A stretch of 64,000 nucleotides of DNA. Origin: a bacterium (GTDB lineage Bacteria; Verrucomicrobiota; Verrucomicrobiia; Limisphaerales; UBA11358). Positions 10,632 through 19,379 of this stretch are shown here, in pieces (position 1 is the stretch's first letter; every line of letters begins with the position of its first letter). The DNA lies in assembly GCA_021813325.1 (NCBI GenBank), contig JAKALA010000004.1, forward strand, positions 20,730-84,729, given 5' to 3'. Below the pieces are notes generated by a model, which was not told the origin of the DNA, did not search any database, and worked only from the letters and a program-made list of their open reading frames with translations. A program made the position numbers and the translations under genes.

Positions 10632-12334
10632 TGAACGAAGAATCTGACATCCAATTGCTGCGGGCCTATGCGAAACATCGCGACGAAAACGCGTTTCGCC
10701 AGTTGATTCTGCGTCACACCGACTTCGTTTATTCCGCTGCCTTGCGGCAGGTCAATTCCGCGGCCATGGCGGCCGATCTGGCCCAGCAGGTTTTCACCGA
10801 TCTCGCCACCAAATCACCCGAAGTGGCCAGCAAAAATAACGGGAGTTCACTGGCCGGTTGGCTGCACCGGGCCACGCGCTACGCGATTCTGAATCATCTG
10901 CGCGACGACCGTCGCCGCCGCGATCATGAAAGGCAGGCCATGGAACAACTCATCACCAACTCTGATCCGGCGGCGGATTGGGAGCAGATTCGTCCGGTTT
11001 TGGACGAAGCGCTTGATCTGCTGACCGATGACGACCGCGAAGCCCTGTTGTTGCGCTATTTTAAAAACCAGGATTTGCGCACCGTTGGAACTGCGCTCGG
11101 CGTGAGCGACGATGCCGCGCAAAAACGGGTAAGCCGGGCGTTGGAAAAGCTGCGCGACTTCTTTAGCAAACGGAAAATCACCGTCGGGGCGGGCAGCCTG
11201 GGCATTTTGCTATCTGCCAACGCCGTTCAATTCGCGCCGGTGGGGTTGAGCGCAAAAATTTTAGTCGCAACTTCTGGGATAACCGCAACCGCTGGAATGA
11301 CCATGATTCATAAAATTCTCATCGCCGGATTCGCCGCCGCCGCGATTGGCAGTGGCATTTTTTCGTTTCATTTGCAGAAACAAATTGGCGCCATGCAACA
11401 ACGACATGCTGCATTGAGCCAACAAATCACGCAACTGAGTCAGGAGCGTGACGATGCGAAAAATCAATTGGCGGCGGCGCAGCAGGCATATGAGCGGCGA
11501 CAAACTAATCAGGATGAACTTTTGCGGTTGCGCGGGGAAATCGGCGTGCTGCGGCGGCAGTTGGATGAAGCGACTGAAAAGAATCGCGCGTTGCCGGCCG
11601 CAGTTTTGGCAATGAGCACCAATTCGCCGCCGCAAATCCACCTCAAAGCCAGATTTTTCACGATGCCGAAAGACGTATTTGCCGGCATGGGCGGTGCAGT
11701 TACCGCCAGCGGCATTTTGACCGATCCAAATTTTCGCGTCGCATTGCATGCCTTGGAACAGCATAGCGACGTTGAATTCCTCGCCGAGCCGGAAGTGACG
11801 ACAACCAGCGGACGTGAAATACAAATGCGGGCAACACAGGCAAATTCTGTTGTGACCAATTATTGCCTTCTAGAAACCAACGGCACTTCCATCATTTTTC
11901 CTCAAGTCGGAAGCATTGAAACGGGACCGGTTCTCGACGCAACGCCGCGCGTTTTGTCTGACGGTTATACCATCGAATTACCCGTTGTCGCTTCGCTGGT
12001 GGATTTTTTGGGTTACGCAAAATCTACCAACACGACTCAGGCGTATGATTCAACCGGGCAGGAAATTGATTTGCCAACGGTTTCGCCCCAATTTCGGGTG
12101 CAATCAATCACCAATTGGGTGAACCTCTATGACAATCAGACGATGGTGTTTGGGCTGAAGGATAATCAAGCTCAACTGGAAACCGCGCTGGCAGCACTGG
12201 ATGGCAGCAAGTCCAACATTCTTGACCGGCACACGCTCGTGTTTGTCACCGCCACCATCATTGACCCTGCCGGCAATCGGGTGCATGAAGACGGAACTTA
12301 TACCAACGTTCCGCCGCAACCGGTCGGCCAGTGA
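10631..12334 (+). CDS. ECF sigma-70 factor with TM helix, coiled coil and C-terminal secretin-like domain
   Basis: Sigma2 (AFRQLILRHTDFVYSAALR..QVFTDL..LAGWLHRATRY) and sigma4 (DREALLLRYF..VSDDAAQKRVSRALEKLR). A hydrophobic segment follows, then LAEPEVTTTSGR..ETGPVLDATPRV..LVFVTATIIDPAG, which resembles the secretin C-terminal beta domain. Confidence 0.85.
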   Translation: MNEESDIQLLRAYAKHRDENAFRQLILRHTDFVYSAALRQVNSAAMAADLAQQVFTDLATKSPEVASKNNGSSLAGWLHRATRYAILNHLRDDRRRRDHERQAMEQLITNSDPAADWEQIRPVLDEALDLLTDDDREALLLRYFKNQDLRTVGTALGVSDDAAQKRVSRALEKLRDFFSKRKITVGAGSLGILLSANAVQFAPVGLSAKILVATSGITATAGMTMIHKILIAGFAAAAIGSGIFSFHLQKQIGAMQQRHAALSQQITQLSQERDDAKNQLAAAQQAYERRQTNQDELLRLRGEIGVLRRQLDEATEKNRALPAAVLAMSTNSPPQIHLKARFFTMPKDVFAGMGGAVTASGILTDPNFRVALHALEQHSDVEFLAEPEVTTTSGREIQMRATQANSVVTNYCLLETNGTSIIFPQVGSIETGPVLDATPRVLSDGYTIELPVVASLVDFLGYAKSTNTTQAYDSTGQEIDLPTVSPQFRVQSITNWVNLYDNQTMVFGLKDNQAQLETALAALDGSKSNILDRHTLVFVTATIIDPAGNRVHEDGTYTNVPPQPVGQ

Positions 12335-12605
12335 TTTTAATTTTCGGAGGTCAAATCGGTTTCAATGTGAGGTCGCCGCAGATTTAGGTGCCGGGAATTA
12401 TTTCACTTTTCTCGTCCGGTGTTACTTCGGCACTTAAAGTTTCCTGAATGAACTGCCCGGTCTGGTTTTGGAACTGTGGCCATTTGTTTGCGGCTTGAAG
12501 TTGGCACAATTACCCCCCGATTTTGGCACACTTCTCACTTTGTCGGTGATCTTTAGTGTCTATATTCTGTTGGCTCAAAAACAACTCAACCAACTTGCCT
12601 TGAAT
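12243..12605 (+). repeat. ~360-bp imperfect direct repeat, copy 2
   Basis: Homologous to 9914-10274. It spans the last ~30 codons of the ECF gene plus ~270 bp downstream. Confidence 0.9.
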
Positions 12606-12658
12606 AATACCTCGCATGCAACCATGAACGCTGATCTCACCTGAACCATCCGTTTCCA

Positions 12659-14911
12659 ATGAAAACCAAACGCATCATTCTCACGAACATTTTAATGCTG
12701 CTCGCCCTGCTGGGTTCCAGTTCCATTGGCTGGTCGGCGGCGTTGCTGACGGGCGATCCCGTGGACTGTGTCAATCCACTCTCCGGCGCGAATGGCGACG
12801 CCCAGTTCTCCCGTGGCAATACCGTGGTGGCGATTGTCGCTCCGTTTGGCATGACCACCTGGGCGCCGCAGACCGATGGCAATGACAGTCCGTTTTATCA
12901 GGTGAAAGCCACGCAGTTCGAGGGCATCCGCGCCACGCACCAGCCAAGCATCTGGATCCGCGACTACGGCGATTTTCTCATCATGCCGATGGTCGGCCCG
13001 TGGGCCGGCTTGCAGAAGGACCGCGCCTCAAAGTTCAGCCACGCGAATGAAATCGCCCGACCGTATTACTACTCGGTGGATCTCGATCGCTACCAGACTC
13101 GACTTGAACTGACGCCTACCGCGCGTTGCTCGATGATGCGTTTCACCTTTCCCGACACCAATGAAGCCACCATTGTGTTCAACTACGAAGGTGCCATCGA
13201 AACAACTTACGATGCCACCAAGCACCAAATCCGCGGCAAGGCGACGCATGTGACCTTTGGCGCTCCCGGCAATTTTGGGAATTATTTCGTCGCCGAGTTC
13301 GACCAGCCTTTTGAATCGGTTGACGTGAAACAGGACGGCAAGATGGTCACCGCTGCCATTCACTTCAGTAACGTTCACGCGGACAAGCCGGTGGCCATGC
13401 GCATCGGCACCTCGTTCATCGGCTATGAGCAGGCGGCTCTGAATCTGCGCACGGAGATTCCAACCTGGGATTTTGCGGCCACAAAAGAAAAGTCGAAAGC
13501 CGCCTGGACGAAGGAGCTGGGCCGCGTGGACATTAAGGGCGCGTCGCCTGAACAGAAATCCACCTTCTACACCGCGCTCTATCGTTCGCTGCAATTTCCC
13601 CGCATGATTTATGAGTTCGACGAGAGCGGAAAACGGGTGCATTACAGTCCGTTCGACAATGGCAAAATTCACGACGGTCCGCTCTACACCGACGATGGCC
13701 TGTGGGACACGTTCCGCGCGGCGTTTCCATTCTTCGTGCTCTACGCGCCGGATCGCGGGGGCGATATTCTTGAAGGCTGGCTGAATGCTTATCGCGAGGG
13801 CGGCAGCCTGCCCGAATGGCCGAGCCCGGGCAATCGCCCGTGCATGATCGGTTCGCATGCCGATTCAATCTTCGCTGATGCATGGGTAAAAGGCCTGCGC
13901 ACGTTCAACCTTCAGGACGCCCACGCCGCGACGCTTCAGGACGCCATGAAAGACAACCCGTGGGCAGGGCGCGATCACGTGGATGACTACATCAAGCTGG
14001 GCTACGTCCCGGCGGGCAAGCGCAGCGATGGCGCGGCTTCCTGCACGCTCGAATACGCCTACGACGATTTTTGCGTTGGCATCGTGGCGCAGGCTGACGG
14101 CAAGGAGGACATCGCGAAGGAGATGTTCCAACGCGCCAAGAACTACCAGAACATTTGGGATCCGAAGACCGGGTTCATGCGTGGCAAACTGGCCGACGGC
14201 AGTTGGCAGGAGCCGTTTGATCCGCTCGCCTGGGGCGGTCCCTACGTCGAGGGCAACGCGTGGCAGTGGTTGTGGTCGGTCCAGCAAGATCCCTACGGTC
14301 TGATGAAATTACTTGGCGGCCGCAAGGGCATGGCCGCAAAATTGGATGAACTGCTGACGATGCCCAGCACCACCGTGGTTGGTGGCTACGGCCATGTGAT
14401 TCACGAAATGCGCGAGGTGGAATACGCCAAGATGGGGCAGTATGCGCACATCAACGAACCCGATCATCACGTGCTGTATTTCTACGATTACGCCGGCCAG
14501 CCATGGAAAGCGCAGCACGCCGTCCGCCGCGTCATGAACGAGCTTTACAACGAGGACGGGATGGTTGGTGACGAGGACACCGGCGAGATGTCGGCGTGGT
14601 ATGTGTTCAGCGCGGCCGGGTTTTATCCGTTCTGTCCCGGCACGCCGTGTTATCTCATCGGCAGTCCGCTGTTCAAAGAAACCGTCATTCATCTCCAAAA
14701 CGGCAAGACCTTCACCGTCCGCGCCGACAACAACAGCCCTGAAAATCAATACATCCAGTCCGCGCGTCTCAACGGTAAGCGTTTTACCAAGACCTGGATT
14801 GCGCACGACACCATTACCGCCGGCGGCGTGCTCGAATTTAAAATGGGGCCAAAGCCGAATTTAAAATGGGGCAGCGCCAAGGACGATGCCCCGCCGAATT
14901 TTTTCCCGTGA
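12659..14911 (+). CDS. GH92 alpha-1,2-mannosidase family glycoside hydrolase
   Basis: PFGMTTWAPQT, THQPSIWIRDYG, FYTALYR, WDTFRA, MIGSH, TLEYAYDDF, EGNAWQW, HINEPDHH, GDEDTGEMSAWYVFS..GFYP. Confidence 0.95.
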   Translation: MKTKRIILTNILMLLALLGSSSIGWSAALLTGDPVDCVNPLSGANGDAQFSRGNTVVAIVAPFGMTTWAPQTDGNDSPFYQVKATQFEGIRATHQPSIWIRDYGDFLIMPMVGPWAGLQKDRASKFSHANEIARPYYYSVDLDRYQTRLELTPTARCSMMRFTFPDTNEATIVFNYEGAIETTYDATKHQIRGKATHVTFGAPGNFGNYFVAEFDQPFESVDVKQDGKMVTAAIHFSNVHADKPVAMRIGTSFIGYEQAALNLRTEIPTWDFAATKEKSKAAWTKELGRVDIKGASPEQKSTFYTALYRSLQFPRMIYEFDESGKRVHYSPFDNGKIHDGPLYTDDGLWDTFRAAFPFFVLYAPDRGGDILEGWLNAYREGGSLPEWPSPGNRPCMIGSHADSIFADAWVKGLRTFNLQDAHAATLQDAMKDNPWAGRDHVDDYIKLGYVPAGKRSDGAASCTLEYAYDDFCVGIVAQADGKEDIAKEMFQRAKNYQNIWDPKTGFMRGKLADGSWQEPFDPLAWGGPYVEGNAWQWLWSVQQDPYGLMKLLGGRKGMAAKLDELLTMPSTTVVGGYGHVIHEMREVEYAKMGQYAHINEPDHHVLYFYDYAGQPWKAQHAVRRVMNELYNEDGMVGDEDTGEMSAWYVFSAAGFYPFCPGTPCYLIGSPLFKETVIHLQNGKTFTVRADNNSPENQYIQSARLNGKRFTKTWIAHDTITAGGVLEFKMGPKPNLKWGSAKDDAPPNFFP

Positions 14912-14948
14912 TCGGGTCATGCGCGTAATCGAAGGCCGCAAACCCTCA

Positions 14949-15033
14949 AGAAATCTCTGCGAAATGCCGTTCTGGGGTTGGAGCGCGGAGCAATGCTCCG
15001 CGTTCCGGGCTTGCCACGTTTGCAGAGATTTCT
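14949..15033. repeat. Nested-palindrome MITE/REP-like element
   Basis: Outer inverted repeats AGAAATCTCTGC / GCAGAGATTTCT enclose an inner hairpin GGAGCGCGGAGC-aat-GCTCCGCGTTCC. Confidence 0.7.
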
Positions 15034-15249
15034 GAAAAGGTTGAGATGATGTCCGGACGCGGCCCGAGGCTGAATGCTGGATTTGTTCCCAAACGGAATC
15101 ATCCTGACATAATGGTTCAATTCTCCTTCGCGGGGGGCGTGGTTTACGTTATTCAATCAAAACGACGTCGCGGCGGGAGGGGCGTCCGCAAAAAAATGCC
15201 CGGGACGGAGTTGGGAACGACTGGAACGGCGCGTAAAACAAATGAAAAT

Positions 15250-15290
15250 CTTTGTCGGATTTTCCTCCGCTCGGTTATTACTTGGGTGAG
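15250..15290 (+). promoter_or_regulatory. Putative autoregulatory ECF promoter (short leader)
   Basis: CTTTGTCGGATTT-N8-CGGTTATTACTTGGGTGAG immediately before the ATG at 15291. Matches 10591-10631. Confidence 0.7.
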
Positions 15291-16994
15291 ATGCAGTCAA
15301 AAACCGACGCCCAACTCCTGCGCGATTACGCCGAACTCGGTGTGGAAGCCGCTTTCACCGAACTCGTCCAGCGTCACACCAATCTCATTTACTCCGCCGC
15401 GTTTCGGCAGGTCGAATCCGCGGACGTCGCGGCGGAACTGACGCAAAATGTCTTTGTCAGCCTGGCCCGCGACGCGAAGGCCCACGCCCCGAGATTTTCC
15501 CCGGAAGCTTCGCTCGCCGGCTGGCTGTGCCGGGCCGCCCGCAATTTGTCCCTGAATCATCGGCGTGACGAGTTTCGCCGCCAAACCCGCGAACAACAAG
15601 CCATGGAACAGCTCTTGCCAATTTCGGAAGACGCGCCGGACTGGGGAAAACTCCGCCGGGTGCTCGATGACGCCATGGCTGAGCTGAACGAGTCGGATTA
15701 CGATGCCATCGTGCTCCGTTTCTTTCAAAACCAGGATTTTCGCGCGGTGGGCGCCGCGATTGGCGTGAGCGATGACACGGCGCAGAAACGCGTTGCCCGG
15801 GCGCTGGACAAGCTGCGCGACCTGCTGGCGCAACGCGGCATTCGCACCACGGCGGGGGCGTTGGGCATCGCGCTGACCGCCAATGCCGTCCAAGCCGCGC
15901 CCCTCGGACTCGCCGCGACCATTTCCGGCGCCGCCCTCGCGGGAGCTACCACCACTACTTCCACCCTTGTTGCTGCTACCACCAAAACCATTGCCATGAC
16001 CTTACTCCAAAAAACCATTATTACCGCCGCGTTTGTCGCGGCCGCCGGCGCGGGCATTTACCAAGCCCGCCAGGCCGCGCACCTCCGTGATCAGGTTCAG
16101 ACGCTTCAGCAAAGCCAGACGGCGTTGAACCATCAACTGGCCACCGCCATGGCGGAAAATGCCCGGCTGACCAATCGCTTGGCGCAGGTAAAGGAAGACA
16201 AAGGCCTTTCCCAGGCGCAATTTGCTGAATTGTTGAAACTGCGCGGACAGAAGGGGCAAAACCAAACCGCCTTGAGCGAGCTGGAAAAAATGCAGGCGGC
16301 CAGCCGACAGACGCGCGCAATGTCCACGGTGTTTACCAATGCCATGCAGAGAGGCATGGAGTATGCCGAAAAATGGCAGCAAAAGCGCGCCCAGGAAAAA
16401 CTCCTCCGCATGATCGAACAGTTGCATCTGACCGATGGCCAGGCTCAGTCGGTGAGCAACATCTTGATGCGGCAAATTGAAGAAAACACGCAACGATCCC
16501 TGGCCGCCGTCTCCGGTCAGCCGGTCGTCACCAGCCAGGGTGAACCCAGCGAGGATTCCCAAATCCAGGCCTTGCTCACGCCGGACCAACTGGCGGCCTA
16601 CCCGGAGTTTGAACAGTCGGAAAAGGAGGTTTTGGCCCGCAACACGGCCAATTCGCAGGTGGCCCTCATGCAAAGCAGCATGGATTTGACGCCCGACCAG
16701 CAAAGCCAGTTGAAATCCGCGCTTTATCAGTATGAATTGAACCAGTCCTCCAGCCTCACCAATCAAATGGACATGATGACCAAAGCCCGCGCAAACGGCG
16801 ATATTGCCGACGCCACGACCCTGGCCATGGAAATTCAAAAACAACAACTGGCGGACAAATTAAAATTGTTCACCGGTATTCTTACGCCGGACCAGTTGAA
16901 ATCTTACCAGAAAAGCCAGACCGACATGATGGAGATGCAAATGTCCGCATTGAAAATGTTTTTGCCGCAGACCAATGATGTGAGCAATCCATGA
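15291..16994 (+). CDS. ECF sigma-70 factor with TM helix, coiled coil and helical LTxxQ-repeat C-terminal extension
   Basis: Sigma2/sigma4 paralogous to the 10631 gene (DAQLLRDYA..AFTELVQRH..LAGWL..VSDDTAQKRVARALDKLR). TM segment IITAAFVAAAGAGIY, then LTDGQ and LTPDQ (x3) motifs. Confidence 0.87.
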   Translation: MQSKTDAQLLRDYAELGVEAAFTELVQRHTNLIYSAAFRQVESADVAAELTQNVFVSLARDAKAHAPRFSPEASLAGWLCRAARNLSLNHRRDEFRRQTREQQAMEQLLPISEDAPDWGKLRRVLDDAMAELNESDYDAIVLRFFQNQDFRAVGAAIGVSDDTAQKRVARALDKLRDLLAQRGIRTTAGALGIALTANAVQAAPLGLAATISGAALAGATTTTSTLVAATTKTIAMTLLQKTIITAAFVAAAGAGIYQARQAAHLRDQVQTLQQSQTALNHQLATAMAENARLTNRLAQVKEDKGLSQAQFAELLKLRGQKGQNQTALSELEKMQAASRQTRAMSTVFTNAMQRGMEYAEKWQQKRAQEKLLRMIEQLHLTDGQAQSVSNILMRQIEENTQRSLAAVSGQPVVTSQGEPSEDSQIQALLTPDQLAAYPEFEQSEKEVLARNTANSQVALMQSSMDLTPDQQSQLKSALYQYELNQSSSLTNQMDMMTKARANGDIADATTLAMEIQKQQLADKLKLFTGILTPDQLKSYQKSQTDMMEMQMSALKMFLPQTNDVSNP

Positions 16995-17050
16995 GCAGAC
17001 GCACGGCGGACGCGGCCTGGCCGCCGGGACATGTTCGGAAACTGAAATTT

Positions 17051-17245
17051 TGGGGTGCATCCGCGCTCCGCGTAAGTGGGAAGGCGCCACGTCGGTTATG
17101 GCCAGCCAAACCTTGACGCGGGGCGCGGATTTTTGTGGTGGTGCCAGAAACTTCAGGCGCCACTTGACTCGCGCCCCCAGCCGGAGCGCCGACGTCCCCG
17201 TTGGCTTCGGCCAACGCGAGATCAAGCCGGTCGGCGATTTCGACT
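17051..17245. repeat. Degenerate palindromic REP/MITE-like elements in the convergent intergenic region
   Basis: ATCCGCGCTCCGCGT..ACGCGGGGCGCGGAT inverted pair, plus the GGAGCGCCGACGTCCCCGTTGGC arm. None of the overlapping ORFs looks protein-like. Confidence 0.45.
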
Positions 17246-17403
17246 TTGGCAGAGACTTCTGGCCTTTCACCGTCGTTTTTTTGACGGGCAATCTTGGCCA
17301 ACTGGCCGGAGGTCAAGCGCAGATGTTCGGGGGTGGCATTTGCCAAACCGGGTGTAATGGTTAACCGCAACTACGAACGCAAAAGGTGCGTCAGTTTTAT
17401 CAC

Positions 17404-18180
17404 TTAAATTTCCAGCCGGTTGAGCACTTCCTCGGCAAGCAGTTGATAGGCGGCGGAGCCGCTGCTGTATTTGTCGTAATGATTGATGGGTTTGCCAAAA
17501 CTGGGAGCTTCCGCCAAGCGCGTGGTGCGCGGGATGACGGTGTCGAAAACTTTGGTTCCCAGCAGTTGGCGAACTTCGCCCACCACTTCTTGGGACAGCC
17601 GGGTGCGTCCGTCGAACATTGTCATCACGACGCCCAAAATATCCAAATTGGGATTGATGCCGGCGGCTTTGAGCTGCTCCAGAACGCGGTTCATCATGGA
17701 AATGCCTTCGAGTGCGTAGTATTCACATTGCAGCGGCACCAGCACCTGATCGCAGGCGGCAAAGGCATTCAGCGAAAGAATTCCCAGCGATGGCGGGCAA
17801 TCGATTAACACGACGTCAAACTGGCCAGCATCGCGCACGGGTTGCACGGCAATGGCAACCCGTCGCAGGTGGTCGGGCAAGCCTGCCAGTTCGAGATCCG
17901 CCGCGCACAAATCCACTTCGCTGGGCACAATTTCCAGTCGCTCGAAGTGGGTGGGCTTGATTTTCTCAACGAGCGAGCCTTCGCCGATGAGCACACGGTA
18001 AGCGCTGGCGCCTTCACATTTTTCGACGCCCACGCCGCTGGTGGCGTTGGCTTGCGGGTCCAAATCAAACAGCAGGATTTTCTTTCCCAGAGCGGCCAGG
18101 CAGGCGGCAAGATTGACAGCGGTGGTGGTTTTTCCCACGCCACCCTTCTGATTGGCGACGGCGATGACTTTGGTTGGCAC
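17404..18180 (-). CDS. parA: ParA/Soj family ATPase
   Basis: KVIAVANQKGGVGKTTTAVNLA, DLDPQANATSG, IDCPPSLG, VPLQCEYYALEG, IPRTTRLAEAPSFG. Probable GTG start at 18180. Confidence 0.93.
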   Translation of the reverse strand: MPTKVIAVANQKGGVGKTTTAVNLAACLAALGKKILLFDLDPQANATSGVGVEKCEGASAYRVLIGEGSLVEKIKPTHFERLEIVPSEVDLCAADLELAGLPDHLRRVAIAVQPVRDAGQFDVVLIDCPPSLGILSLNAFAACDQVLVPLQCEYYALEGISMMNRVLEQLKAAGINPNLDILGVVMTMFDGRTRLSQEVVGEVRQLLGTKVFDTVIPRTTRLAEAPSFGKPINHYDKYSSGSAAYQLLAEEVLNRLEI

Positions 18181-18246
18181 GGCCAAAATTAAAAGAAAAG
18201 CGCGGTGGCGTTTCAAGCGCACACCGCGCAACGGGTGAAAATATTT

Positions 18247-18759
18247 TTACTGGATCGCCGGAGCAAAACTGGCTGGTTGAACTTGAAACAGCGAGCCGGA
18301 ATTAGGCTGGCCAAATAAATTGGCCACAGGTTGCAAGCTGGTAACTGGCGTGGGTTTGGCCACAATGCCGATGCCGGCAGGCGCGGGGGCCAGCGCGGGT
18401 GAACTGATGGATGCCAGGTCACTGGTTTGCGGTTGCGGAGTTGGCACTGAAACCGTTAAGAAATTATTGGCCACCGGCTCGGATTGTTCCGCGAAAATCG
18501 CTCCCAATATCAAAAGCCCGCACAAACTCGCGGCCAAGCCGCCAATGACGGCGGGGCGCGCCGTGAACATTTCAAAGAAACGAACCAACCAAGGCGCGTC
18601 TGCCTTGGGTGATCGGGATGGCTCATCAGCCTCGCCCGCTTGGATTTTGGCGATGATCTGGGCGGAAAAGTTGCTGAAATAGCCGACGGGCGGCACTTCA
18701 TGCCGCTTGAGTTTCAACAATGTTTTCAACTCGCCGAAGTCTTGATCTTTTTTATTCAT
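18247..18759 (-). CDS. Putative membrane anti-sigma factor
   Basis: ATGA overlap with the rpoE-like stop. N-terminal LKTLLKLKRHEVPPVGYF helix, a single TM helix and a Pro/Ser-rich tail. Confidence 0.65.
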   Translation of the reverse strand: MNKKDQDFGELKTLLKLKRHEVPPVGYFSNFSAQIIAKIQAGEADEPSRSPKADAPWLVRFFEMFTARPAVIGGLAASLCGLLILGAIFAEQSEPVANNFLTVSVPTPQPQTSDLASISSPALAPAPAGIGIVAKPTPVTSLQPVANLFGQPNSGSLFQVQPASFAPAIQ

Positions 18760-19379
18760 GATGACTTTATGTATTCGGCCAAAAAGCCCTGCAATTGCTG
18801 ACGGGCGTAAAACAATCGTGACCGCACCGTCCCGATGTTGCAATCCATAATGTCGGCAATTTCCTCGTGTGACAGGCCTTGCACGTCATGTAAAATCACA
18901 ACCATTCTGTGAGGTTCAGACAATTTCATAAGTGCCTCGTTCAATTTTTTTTGCAACTCGGTCAAACCGGCGTTGCGAAACGGTGTTTTGTCCGAAATCA
19001 ACGCGATCAAATCCGGGTTGTTTTCCGTGTTGAAATCCAGATCGTTGAGGCTGTAATGATGTTTGTTTTTGCGCTGCTTGAGAAAATTGATGGCCTTGTT
19101 GACAGCAATCCGGTAGAGCCAGGTGTAAAAACTCGATCCGCCCTTGAAGGACTTTAATGCCTGGTAGGCTTTGATGAAGGCCTCCTGAGCAATGTCATTG
19201 GCGTCTTCATGATTTGCTGTCATGTGGTAAATCGTGGCGTAAATGCGTTCTTGATAACGCTTTACAAGTTCATCGTAAGCCTCCAAATCGCCCTGGCGGG
19301 CGAGGCTCACCAAATCTCCCTCCAGCCTTCCGGCAAAAGAACTTGCGTCGGTCATGGGGGTTGTTTCTGACATAATCAT
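18756..19379 (-). CDS. rpoE: RpoE-like ECF sigma factor
   Basis: GDLEAYDELVKRYQ, DIAQEAFIKAYQAL..FKGGSSFYTWLYRIAVN, GLSHEEIADIMDCNIGTVRSRLFYARQQL. Confidence 0.9.
   Translation of the reverse strand: MIMSETTPMTDASSFAGRLEGDLVSLARQGDLEAYDELVKRYQERIYATIYHMTANHEDANDIAQEAFIKAYQALKSFKGGSSFYTWLYRIAVNKAINFLKQRKNKHHYSLNDLDFNTENNPDLIALISDKTPFRNAGLTELQKKLNEALMKLSEPHRMVVILHDVQGLSHEEIADIMDCNIGTVRSRLFYARQQLQGFLAEYIKSS

Noticed and set aside
16860-17370. parB or other CDS downstream of parA
   Set aside because: No ParB motifs (e.g. GERRxRA) in any frame. The region is occupied by degenerate palindromes.
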